DNA from: an uncultured Chloroflexia bacterium
GTDB lineage: Bacteria > Chloroflexota > Anaerolineae > JAAYZQ01
Assembly (NCBI GenBank): GCA_963700285.1
Contig: CAVOXA010000009.1
Span: forward strand, 96,001-160,000
Direction of reading: 5' to 3'
Length of the DNA stretch: 64,000 bases
Part shown: piece after piece, positions 33,338-42,368 of the stretch
Layout: the number at the start of each line of letters is the position of its first letter
Position numbering within the stretch: the first letter of the stretch is position 1
Position numbers and translations under genes: made by a program
The notes under the pieces: generated by a model
Database searches by the model: none
The model's input: only the letters and a program-made list of their open reading frames with translations
Told to the model about the DNA's origin: nothing

Positions 33338-34087
33338 TTAGCGCTGGACGGTGATCGTCACCCGGCAGGGCTCTGGGTAATTGCCCGTTTGGTCGACTAC
33401 CACCAGTCGGAGGGTATAGGTACCTGGAGCGTATGCTCCACTGTTAAAGGTCTCCAGCACGCCGCCTGCCACTGCGTTGCGGTGCAACTGTCCGACGACG
33501 TTCCATTCTTGATCCCTGGGATTGGATCCCGGGCCGACTTCGACCTTGTAGTATTGGAAGCTAGCTCCGCCGGCTATGCCTCGAATGGGCACGTTGCCCT
33601 GCACTACCTGGTTGAGACCGGGTGCGGTGATGCGCACGTTGGGGTTGGGGCATGCTGGAGGAGCAACTGCTGGCGCGTCTGTAGCGACCGCTTCAGGCGT
33701 ATCAGATGGCATGACAGGGCGGGTGGGGCGAACCAGGGTGGCCGTAGCCGTGGGCGTTATGGTGGCAGGCGCTGCTGTGGATGTCAAAGTCGGCGCGGCG
33801 AGCAGGCCTGCAGTCGCCGTTGGCATTGGCTGTTGGGGCTCTTCCATTTTGGGTCGCAGGTAGTTGGTTGCGCCGAATACAGCTCCCATCATGACCAGTA
33901 CAAGAGCTGCCAGCAGCACGCTACGGCCGTAGCGCCCGCGGGCTTGTTCCTGCTCCAATTTGAATATCGAACGGACACTCTCGCGGCGTGCAAGGATCGC
34001 ACGCCGCAAGTAGAAGAGCAAGATAAGTCCAAAGAGTCCATAGATCCACCACTGATATTCGACAATCAGCTGCAGGACCTGTTCCAT
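33338..34087 (-). CDS. Membrane protein with 2 TM helices, P/T linker and C-terminal Ig-like domain
   Basis: Two hydrophobic helices, PT-rich spacer, IT.P....V.G.V.I.G.A....YKV....W.....G.L.......G.Y.LRL.V beta-sandwich. Confidence 0.75.
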   Translation of the reverse strand: MEQVLQLIVEYQWWIYGLFGLILLFYLRRAILARRESVRSIFKLEQEQARGRYGRSVLLAALVLVMMGAVFGATNYLRPKMEEPQQPMPTATAGLLAAPTLTSTAAPATITPTATATLVRPTRPVMPSDTPEAVATDAPAVAPPACPNPNVRITAPGLNQVVQGNVPIRGIAGGASFQYYKVEVGPGSNPRDQEWNVVGQLHRNAVAGGVLETFNSGAYAPGTYTLRLVVVDQTGNYPEPCRVTITVQR

Positions 34088-34221
34088 GTATCACTCCACG
34101 CTGGGCAAGATTCCGCTTGCGCGGCACTTTACCACAGAAGCCCAATTCCGGCAACCTCGCCAGCGATAATTGGCAGTGGCTGAGAATGGGATTTGAGATT
34201 TGCTGCGGGGATGCAGTTGTG

Positions 34222-35079
34222 TCATGCCTTTGCCATACGGTCCAGTACACCGAGGATCAGCGAAATCAATCGTGGGACGATCTGCTGTCCAGTAGCCAGG
34301 ACCTCTTCATGGCTTGTGACCTGGTCAGCGGTGGGCTCGGCCAGAGCGATGTTGCTGATGCCGGATATGCCCAACACCCTAATTCCTCCATGGCGCGCTA
34401 CAATCACCTCTGGCACGGTAGACATGCCCACCGCATCGGCGCCTATCAGCCGCAAGAAGCGAATATCGGCTGGAGTCTCAAAGGATGGCCCCGAAAGCGA
34501 GACGTAGACCCCTTCACGTAATGGGATTTCTCGTTCTTGGGCGACCTCGCGGGCAATGCGACGCAGTTCGCGATCGTAGGCCTGGGACATGTCAGGGAAG
34601 CGCGGTCCAAGCGTCGGATCGTTCGGCCCGAAAAGGGGATTGGCGCCGGCCATGCCGATCAAATTGATGTGGTCGCTGATGAGCATCAAGTCACCGGCGT
34701 CAAAGGCTGGGTCAAGTCCTCCCGCAGCGTTCGTCACGATCAAGGCCTGTATGCCCAAGACCTGCATCACGCGTACAGGGAAGACTACCTGTTGTATGGG
34801 GTAGCCTTCATAAAAGTGTACGCGGCCCTGCATGATCATGACGGTGGATTCTCCCAATCGTCCCAAAACCAGCTTTCCGGCGTGACCCTCTACCGTTGGT
34901 TTTGGAAAGCCTGGAATCGACTCGAAAGGCAATGAATCGGCGTCTTCCACTGCTTGGGCCAGGGGACTCAGCCCTGAGCCCAGGATCATACCCACCCGTG
35001 GGCGGTGGCGTGTCTGGCCCGCAATGTATTCAGCGGCTGCTTCGTATTCCTCACGCGTGTAATAGTGTGCCATCACCAA
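34222..35079 (-). CDS. punA: Purine nucleoside phosphorylase (trimeric type)
   Basis: ILGSGL, V.GH.G, QGRVHFYEG, TNAAGG, GPSFETPA, VGMSTVPE. Confidence 0.93.
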   Translation of the reverse strand: MVMAHYYTREEYEAAAEYIAGQTRHRPRVGMILGSGLSPLAQAVEDADSLPFESIPGFPKPTVEGHAGKLVLGRLGESTVMIMQGRVHFYEGYPIQQVVFPVRVMQVLGIQALIVTNAAGGLDPAFDAGDLMLISDHINLIGMAGANPLFGPNDPTLGPRFPDMSQAYDRELRRIAREVAQEREIPLREGVYVSLSGPSFETPADIRFLRLIGADAVGMSTVPEVIVARHGGIRVLGISGISNIALAEPTADQVTSHEEVLATGQQIVPRLISLILGVLDRMAKA

Positions 35080-35364
35080 TCCTCGGGTGCGCGATGCTCA
35101 AATATCCTGCAGAAGGGGCAGCGGCTATTTTCAGCCGGCCCTCCAAGTACGATTCACGTTGACGAGGCGGCCCCTTCCATCGTAACTCTGCCAATTGGGC
35201 TGCGCCGGCCGGCACGGGAACCTTGGTCCGTTACGGTCTCTGCTTCACGGGGTTTTGGCGGTCGGCCCAGCCTGCCAGGTGTGTCTAGGCTTGGTGATGC
35301 GTTGGAAAACGTTCGCTGCCGATCCGCCCAGCTAGCATCTGCGATGTTGGCAGAGAGCGACTGC

Positions 35365-36243
35365 CTACGTTGCGCTCTCTCCAGTCGTCTCTTCCCCACT
35401 GACCTGGACGTACACCTGAGTGGTGGAAATGTTGGCATGCCCCAGCAGTTCTTGCACGTATTCCAGATCTGCCCTTTGGTCGAGAAGGTGGGTGGCAAAG
35501 GTGTGGCGCAAAGTGTGGGGCGTCACATCTTCCTGAATGCCTACTTCACGCACATAGTGTTTGACGATCAACCACAGGCCCTGGCGGGTCAGCCGCTGCC
35601 CACGGTGGTTGAGAAAGAGCGCGTGCTCTTCTGGGTCCCGGAGCAACTGCACCCGTCCCCGTTCCAGATAGTTTCTCAAGGGCTCGAGCGCGCGGTGGTG
35701 TACTGGAACAAGCCGATCTCGATTGTCCTTGGGGTGCACCACTCGGACGGTTTCGGATGCCAGATTGGCGTCCTCAACGTTGAGCGAGACCAGTTCGGTG
35801 ACGCGCAGTCCGGTGGCGTACAGTACTTCCAGCAAAGCCCGGTCCCGTAGGGCCTTGGGCGTGTCTTCCCGAGCCGCCTCTTTCAGCAACCGCTCCATGT
35901 CCTCTTGTGAGATGGCTTTGGGCAGGCGCTTGCGGACCTTGGGCGAGTCAAGGGTTGCGGTTGGGTCGTCCTGGATCTTCCCACGGTCGGCCAGGTAATG
36001 GAAAAACGACTTGATCGCAGCTACCTTGCGGGCGACAGTGGATGAAGCATATTCTTGCTCGCCCTTCATGAACATGACATAGTCCAAGATTGTGTCCTGA
36101 TCCACCTGGTCCCAGCCAGAGGCGCGGGGCTCAACATAAGTGCAGAACTGTGACAAGTCATTGCGATAAGCAGCCAGAGTATTCTCAGAATAGCCCTTGT
36201 CCACGGTCAGGAATTCCAGGAACTCTTTGATTTGCTCTCTCAT
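35365..36243 (-). CDS. xerD: Tyrosine recombinase XerD
   Basis: S.NT..AYR.DL, TGLRVTEL, LTRQG.W, TPHTLRHTFATHLL, VQELLGHANISTTQVY. Confidence 0.88.
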   Translation of the reverse strand: MREQIKEFLEFLTVDKGYSENTLAAYRNDLSQFCTYVEPRASGWDQVDQDTILDYVMFMKGEQEYASSTVARKVAAIKSFFHYLADRGKIQDDPTATLDSPKVRKRLPKAISQEDMERLLKEAAREDTPKALRDRALLEVLYATGLRVTELVSLNVEDANLASETVRVVHPKDNRDRLVPVHHRALEPLRNYLERGRVQLLRDPEEHALFLNHRGQRLTRQGLWLIVKHYVREVGIQEDVTPHTLRHTFATHLLDQRADLEYVQELLGHANISTTQVYVQVSGEETTGESAT

Positions 36244-36738
36244 TCATTTCCCCCTTCGGTCCGATAGTGCAGGCTACGTACGCATCCCATATCATCCAGC
36301 AGTCTCGGCTCTTGGTACGAAGCAGGACCACCGGCACTTTTGCCAGTTTTCCTGGCTCGTTTATGATATGACAGGTGTCTGCGCAGGATAGAACTGACAG
36401 ATCCCCTCAATGCGTTTGCCGCAGGCATGTCAAGTCTATCGGTGACCTTCCAAGATGAACTCACGCAACAGTTACATTCTACCATAACTTTTCATAAAGC
36501 CCAAACGGAGGGCTGGACACGTCAAACTTGCTCCGTGCCGAGTCCCATCACCTCTGACAGGAGCCTGCCCAGGGGTGGCAGAAGGCAATACCATATGTAG
36601 TAGTGCACCTGAAAGTGAGCCCTAGATGTTGGTGTGTGTGCTGGCCTGGATAGTCTAGCTGCGGCGGGGATGGAACCTGTGTGCAATCTGAACGGCAGGC
36701 AGCGATTGTTGGCACGCGTTCTGCGGCCAAGAAATTGA

Positions 36739-37608
36739 TCAGGGATGGGAGGGTGGCAGCGCCTCCTCGCTCTTGAGATATGCTTCCACCTGCTGCCGGA
36801 ATGGAATGGCTGTCACGCCTCGCCCCTCAATCGAATAGGATGCCGCGACGTTGGCAAATCCAGCTGCTTGACATGGATCGCCCGTCTCGGCCAGGCAGAA
36901 AAGGAAGGCTGCGGCGAACACATCGCCAGCGCCAGTAAGGTCTGCCTCCAGAGCGGGCCGGGCCGGGTAGTGACAATGCTCGTTCCCTTGGTAGACAGTG
37001 GCGCCGCGCTCGGCGCGGGTGATCACGAGGATCTCAACCAAGTGCCTCCATTCCCGAACTAGAGCATCTGGGTCAGGCACATCCATTTCGCTGAGAACCA
37101 GCACATTGATCCGCCGGAGCAATGCCTCGGGTGGAGACCACTCGGTGAAGGAGATCAGTCCTGTTTCGTCCCAGCGGCGGAAAAAGCCCTGAGGCATCAG
37201 ACAGATCAGGGATTCATCGGAGAAGCAGAAAAATACTTCCGGTTCGATCTCTCGATCAATCGAACCCAAGTAGACCATAGGTGCTGAGCGCCACGGGAGA
37301 GGAATGTCGCAGCACCTGATCACGTCGGCTCGCTGGTGAATGTATTGCGTTCGCTCTCCGTCGTGATAGATGTTCTCAAACTCTGTGGTGACGGGAGAAT
37401 CGCGGCGGACCGACTGGACGTTTGGTAGTGCCTGATCCAGATCCAGGTCTGGGCCAGTACTGGTGACGACGCCCACGCGGCAGCCCATCCTGAGCGCTGT
37501 TGTGGCTGCGTAGGAAACCGAGCCACCGAGGCTCAGGCCGCCGTCGGGCATACGGTCCTGACAGATGTGGCCTATGACAAGGAATTCGGGAAGGTCCGGC
37601 GTGCTCAA
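36739..37608 (-). CDS. PfkB-family carbohydrate / nucleoside kinase
   Basis: GGSVSYAA, DLTGAGDVFAAAF; TTG start overlaps the upstream stop (TTGA). Confidence 0.85.
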   Translation of the reverse strand: MSTPDLPEFLVIGHICQDRMPDGGLSLGGSVSYAATTALRMGCRVGVVTSTGPDLDLDQALPNVQSVRRDSPVTTEFENIYHDGERTQYIHQRADVIRCCDIPLPWRSAPMVYLGSIDREIEPEVFFCFSDESLICLMPQGFFRRWDETGLISFTEWSPPEALLRRINVLVLSEMDVPDPDALVREWRHLVEILVITRAERGATVYQGNEHCHYPARPALEADLTGAGDVFAAAFLFCLAETGDPCQAAGFANVAASYSIEGRGVTAIPFRQQVEAYLKSEEALPPSHP

Positions 37609-39377
37609 TTGATCACCATGTCTCTTTGGGCCCGGGGCCGTATGCGCCTTATCATCTGTCCAACAAAGAACCCGGCTGCGCTCAGCAGGTTTAGCTTTAG
37701 ACCACGAAGGGGGACGTTGAGCTCGGCTTTGTCGCAAACCGTGGACAAATTGGCGTCATCGACCTGGGGTTTGATGGCACGCAGAAGCTTTGCCCGGCGC
37801 TCGGCGTCTTGGATACTCACAATGTCGTCCACTTGAGCTATGAGGCGCCGCGCTTTCAAGATGCGTGTTTCTGTTTGCTCTGCTTGGGTGGGGTCCACCA
37901 AGCCATAGTGGGCCTTCAGGCGATTCAGCCTCAGCCCCGCTTCATAAGTGCTGTCAACGATCTGATCCCGGTTCATCCATTCCGTCTCATAGTTGAGAAC
38001 GTACTTCCAACTGGGCTGTACCAGCGCCTGACGGTGTTCCTCCAACGTACGGGCAAAGAATCGATAGCCGTATCTTTCCGGGTTTTCGAAGACAGGACTG
38101 CCTGGATCCAGGAAGGGGGCCAGGGGTGAGATGAAGGGGATGAGGCGGCGGGTTGGCCCTGTGTCCAGCTCACTCATCAGGTACTCGCAATAGTCCACGG
38201 TGTCCATAACAGACTGATAGTCCTGTTTGGGCAGGCCGACCATGAAAAAGACGTCGAGGCGCTGTACACCGGCTTCCAGTGCGTAGCGCATGGTATCTTC
38301 GATGGGGGCATTCTTGTAGGACCGGCCAAAGGCGGCCCGTACCTCTTCGCTATGGCTCTCCAGGGAGATCTCTAGCGTCCAATTGGGCATGGCCGCCGCC
38401 AAACGCTGGATAAAGTCGCGGTCGGCGGCGCCAAAGAGTTCGACGATGACCGGCCCCTGATAGCCTTGGATGGCTCGCAGGAATCGGTCAGCATATTCTT
38501 CCCCGGGCTGGCGGATGTCACCCAGAATGAATACCGGGCCCCTGCTAAAGCGGGCGATGTTGCGGATGTCTTGGGCCAGCGCTTCGGGATCGCGGTATGC
38601 AGGGCGGCGGCGGTTATGCAGCGCCGAAAACGTGGTCGCCGAGCCACCGCATGTGCGGCAGTTGTGGCTGCAACCTCGTACGCTGAGGGCGGCGGTAATC
38701 GGATAGCCCAACCAGCCCTTGAAAGGAACAAAACTCGCCAGATCGCGATAGCGCGCCACAGCTTTGACCACGTAGCTATAGTCGATCAACACGTGGTCCA
38801 GGGAAGTTGGGCTGTAGGTCAGCTCATTGATCTGACTAGTGCCGTCCGGCTGGCACCAGGTCAGATTGGGGATTTCTTCCAATGGTAGAGCGTCGGGGTG
38901 GCCAGTCAGGTGCTGCATTAGTTGCAGCATGGGTTCCTCGGTCGAGTCACCCCGCACGACAAAATCCACCTCTGGCCGGCGGATCAGGTCTTTGTGATAG
39001 TAGGTTGAGGAAAAGCCGCCAAAGATGACCGGGATATCTGGGTGGAGTTTCTTGCATAATCGCGCCACCTCGATCGCCCCGTGGGCGTGGGGCATCCAGT
39101 GCAGATCGATGCCAAATGCCGTTGGCCGCAGCTTTTTTAGAAACTTTTCCGGATCAAAGCGGTCACTGTTCAGCATGCGGACGGCCAGGTTGACGATGCG
39201 GACCTGTATCCCGTGACGCTCCAGGTACTCGGCGATCGTGGTCAAGCCAATGGGGTACATCTCAAAGACCGGCGTACTGGGCACCAGGTCGCTCACCGGT
39301 CCATACAGTATCGATTCTTTTCGAAAGTCGTACACGCTGGGAGCGTGCAACAGTACCAAGTCTGCTTGGGGCATCAA
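37605..39377 (-). CDS. B12-binding radical SAM protein (TIGR04190 / Ta0216-like)
   Basis: LLHAPSVYDFR..STPVFEMYP.G, IDLHW..H.HG, RGCSHNCRTCGGS (CxxxCxxC), PFLDPGS. Confidence 0.85.
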   Translation of the reverse strand: MMPQADLVLLHAPSVYDFRKESILYGPVSDLVPSTPVFEMYPIGLTTIAEYLERHGIQVRIVNLAVRMLNSDRFDPEKFLKKLRPTAFGIDLHWMPHAHGAIEVARLCKKLHPDIPVIFGGFSSTYYHKDLIRRPEVDFVVRGDSTEEPMLQLMQHLTGHPDALPLEEIPNLTWCQPDGTSQINELTYSPTSLDHVLIDYSYVVKAVARYRDLASFVPFKGWLGYPITAALSVRGCSHNCRTCGGSATTFSALHNRRRPAYRDPEALAQDIRNIARFSRGPVFILGDIRQPGEEYADRFLRAIQGYQGPVIVELFGAADRDFIQRLAAAMPNWTLEISLESHSEEVRAAFGRSYKNAPIEDTMRYALEAGVQRLDVFFMVGLPKQDYQSVMDTVDYCEYLMSELDTGPTRRLIPFISPLAPFLDPGSPVFENPERYGYRFFARTLEEHRQALVQPSWKYVLNYETEWMNRDQIVDSTYEAGLRLNRLKAHYGLVDPTQAEQTETRILKARRLIAQVDDIVSIQDAERRAKLLRAIKPQVDDANLSTVCDKAELNVPLRGLKLNLLSAAGFFVGQMIRRIRPRAQRDMVIN

Positions 39378-39518
39378 GTGGTCTCCGTAAAAGAGAGTTC
39401 AATATACAATGCGTACTTGGCATGGTACATTGTTGTTATCTTTCGTTCTTGCTCCGCTGCCTGCGTATCCTGCCATTCTTCCAGGTGTGGGTTCGCAGGC
39501 GCGTTCGTCTGCAGAATG

Positions 39519-40472
39519 CTACCTTGCCTGCACTCGCGCGCCTGGTACGGGAATGCTGTCCAAAATCTCCTGGATCACGGCCCGGGGATCTACATTCTTG
39601 ATACGGGCCGAAGGGCTGATAATCAGCCGGTGAGCCAGGGTCTCCGGCGCCAGGGCTTTGACATCGTCTGGAATGACATACTCGCGGCCCAAGATAGCGG
39701 CTCGGGCTTGGCCTGTCTTGTACAGGGCCAAGCTGCCCCGCGGACTGGCGCCCAGATAAACGTCGGGGTGCTTGCGCGTGGCTCTTACCAGCCCAACAAT
39801 ATATTCCTTGACCAGATCGTCGATATACACTTCCTTGACGCGCTTTTGGGCCGTGACCAATTCATCTGAGGAGACTACCTGCTCGACCTGATCAACGGGG
39901 TGGGAGTGCTGTTGGCGGACCAAGACGGTGATCTCATCGCCAGCGCTGGGATAGCCCAATCCAATGCGCATCATGAAACGGTCGAGTTGGGCCTCGGGCA
40001 AAGGGAATGTGCCCTCGTACTCGATAGGGTTCTGGGTGGCCAAAACCAGGAACGGCTGTTCCATGGGATAGGTCACGCCATCTACTGTGATCTGCCGTTC
40101 TTCCATCGCCTCCAGAAGGGCCGACTGGGTCTTGGGAGTGGCGCGGTTGATCTCATCAGTAAGCACAATCTGGGCCATCACCGGGCCTGGACGGAACTCG
40201 AACTCCAGGGTCTTTTGGTTGAACACCGAGACGCCGGTCACGTCGCTGGGCAGCATGTCGGGCGTGAACTGGATCCTCCGGAACTCGCAGCCTAGCGAAC
40301 GGGCGACCGATTTGGCCAGCATCGTCTTGCCCGTACCGGGGACGTCCTCAATAAGCAGGTGCCCCTCGCACAGCAAGGCAATGACGGTGAGCTGCACGGC
40401 CAGGCGCTTGCCGATGATAACTTGTTCTACGTTGTCGATAACCTTCTGAGCGATCGCTTGAACGTCTTCCAT
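39519..40472 (-). CDS. MoxR-family AAA+ ATPase
   Basis: [60 protein letters not shown]. Confidence 0.93.
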   Translation of the reverse strand: MEDVQAIAQKVIDNVEQVIIGKRLAVQLTVIALLCEGHLLIEDVPGTGKTMLAKSVARSLGCEFRRIQFTPDMLPSDVTGVSVFNQKTLEFEFRPGPVMAQIVLTDEINRATPKTQSALLEAMEERQITVDGVTYPMEQPFLVLATQNPIEYEGTFPLPEAQLDRFMMRIGLGYPSAGDEITVLVRQQHSHPVDQVEQVVSSDELVTAQKRVKEVYIDDLVKEYIVGLVRATRKHPDVYLGASPRGSLALYKTGQARAAILGREYVIPDDVKALAPETLAHRLIISPSARIKNVDPRAVIQEILDSIPVPGARVQAR

Positions 40473-40602
40473 AAACCGTTTCCTCCGGTCCAGGGATCTG
40501 GATGGTCAACCGGTAGCCTTGACCCTGCGTTGCGGCCGCCGCGACAGCCGCAGGATTATACCAGGTTTTCTGGGAAAAGGGTAGTTGGCGAAGGTCTGTC
40601 GG

Positions 40603-41793
40603 TCAGACCGCGCCGTTCGAATGAAGCAGCGCGATCTGTTCATCTGAATATCGAAGAACCGATTTGAGGATGGCTGTAGTATCGGCTCCCAGTGCAGGTG
40701 CGGGGCGCTTGTGTTGGGCAGCTCCCTGGACTTTTATGGCCGTGCGCACCTGCTTGAGGGTTCCAAAATCAGGATGCTCCACCTCAACGAGCATGTCACG
40801 TTCCAGGATCTGTCTCTCCTGCAGGGCTTCTTCTACACTGTTTACTGGCGCGCAAGGGACCTGGCCGCTCATGCGCGCCAACCACTCATTGGTGGTGCGC
40901 TCGGCGAAACGCCCTTTCAGGTCGGAGATCAGAGCATCTCGGTGCTCATACCTGCTTGCAAAGGAGGCAAAACGAGGGTCGGCAGCCAGTTCGGGTGCCT
41001 CCAGCGCTGTGGTCAGCGCCCGCCAGAACTTCTCTTTGAAGCACAGGACTACCAGATAGCCATCCTGAGTCTGGAATACTTGGGCGGGAACGAGCGAAGC
41101 ATGGGCCGAGTCCGCCAGCCTCACCGGATGGTATTCGCGGTTGAGGGTCCAGATGGCGACATAGTTCAGCATGCTGATGGCCGAGTCGAGCAAGCTGACG
41201 TCCACGTCGCAGCCCTGGCCGGTTCTTTGGGCGTCGAGCAATCCCGCCAGAAGCCCAACCATGGCCACGGCTCCGGCGGAAAAGTCAACCATAGAGAGAC
41301 CGCTCTTGGCAGGCATCGTGCCAGGGTCGCCGGTCAGACTCATCCAACCGGCCATGCCCTGGATTAGGTAGTCGTAGGCCGGCTCGGAACGACGGGGCCC
41401 GGTGGTCCCAAAGCCGCTCAACGAACAGCAGACGATCCGGGGATTTGTAGCCTTGAGCTGCTCATAGGTCAGACCCAATGCCTCCGGCTGGTCGCCGCGC
41501 AGGTTGGAAAAAACGGCGTCCGACACCTGTACCAGGTCGCGGAATACCCGCTGCCCGTCAGGGTGCTTTAGATCCAGGGTCATGCTGAGTTTGTTACGAT
41601 TCAGGGACTGGAAATAGAGGCTGTCACCGGGTATCGTGTAGGGGGGGACCGTGCGGGCCACATCGCCTCCAGCCCTGGGGTTCTCTATTTTGATCACCTC
41701 CGCGCCCAGATCCGCGAGGTGCAGCGTGCCAAAAGGTCCTGCCCCAAACTGGGATACGGCCAGCACGCGGTAGCCGCTCAAGAGATCCTTCAT
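40603..41793 (-). CDS. Family III CoA transferase (CaiB/BaiF)
   Basis: AGP....LADLGAEVIKIE, NRNK.S..LDLK, SGFG.TGP, AYD. Confidence 0.92.
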   Translation of the reverse strand: MKDLLSGYRVLAVSQFGAGPFGTLHLADLGAEVIKIENPRAGGDVARTVPPYTIPGDSLYFQSLNRNKLSMTLDLKHPDGQRVFRDLVQVSDAVFSNLRGDQPEALGLTYEQLKATNPRIVCCSLSGFGTTGPRRSEPAYDYLIQGMAGWMSLTGDPGTMPAKSGLSMVDFSAGAVAMVGLLAGLLDAQRTGQGCDVDVSLLDSAISMLNYVAIWTLNREYHPVRLADSAHASLVPAQVFQTQDGYLVVLCFKEKFWRALTTALEAPELAADPRFASFASRYEHRDALISDLKGRFAERTTNEWLARMSGQVPCAPVNSVEEALQERQILERDMLVEVEHPDFGTLKQVRTAIKVQGAAQHKRPAPALGADTTAILKSVLRYSDEQIALLHSNGAV

Positions 41794-42305
41794 GATGGGA
41801 CTCCTGCTGGCTGTGGCTCATCTGCGGGAGGGAAAGGACCCGCAGCCGCGGGGCCGGCTTGGCGCTTGGGTACCAGCACCGCGCGCTGGAAAGACAGAAT
41901 CCTCTCTGCCCGCTGGTTAAACGCTTCCGTGTTGACCCAAACGATGCCGCGATCTGGTTTGCTCCGTGACTCGCGTACCTTCAAGATCGTTGTCTGAGCG
42001 TAGACCGTGTCTCCATGAAACGTGGGGGCGTGGTGCTTGACTTGGGTGTATTCCAGGTTGGCGATGGCGTGTCCCGAGATATCCGGCACGGTCATGCCCA
42101 CGACCAGGCTGAAGATCAGGGTGCCCACTACCAGTGGGCGGCCGTGTTGGGTATGGGCGGCAAAATTGGCGTCGATGTGAAGCGGGTTGTGGTTCATGGT
42201 CAGCATGCAAAATAGCATGTCGTCGGCCTGCGTGATGGTACGGCCAGGATAGTGTTTAATGGTCTCCCCGGGGAAAAAATCCTCATAATAACGACCAAAT
42301 GCCAT
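41790..42305 (-). CDS. MaoC-family (R)-hydratase
   Basis: GRYYEDF, GRTIT..D...F...TMN.NPLH.D, PTFHGDT. Confidence 0.9.
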   Translation of the reverse strand: MAFGRYYEDFFPGETIKHYPGRTITQADDMLFCMLTMNHNPLHIDANFAAHTQHGRPLVVGTLIFSLVVGMTVPDISGHAIANLEYTQVKHHAPTFHGDTVYAQTTILKVRESRSKPDRGIVWVNTEAFNQRAERILSFQRAVLVPKRQAGPAAAGPFPPADEPQPAGVPS

Positions 42306-42368
42306 CTTTGCTCTCCTTTGAGATCACTCGGAAGTTGGCTGATGGGCAGTTGACAGGCTGACCGCCTC

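Noticed and set aside
35365-36243. Tyrosine recombinase as a phage or island integrase
   Set aside because: Size and motifs (LTRQG.W, LLGHA.ISTTQ.Y) and housekeeping context next to punA fit chromosomal XerD
36245-36738. ~490-bp intergenic region as a 6S-like or other ncRNA (GCCTGCC/GGCAGGC pairing at 36563 and 36694)
   Set aside because: Only a 7-bp stem is convincing and no family motif was recognised
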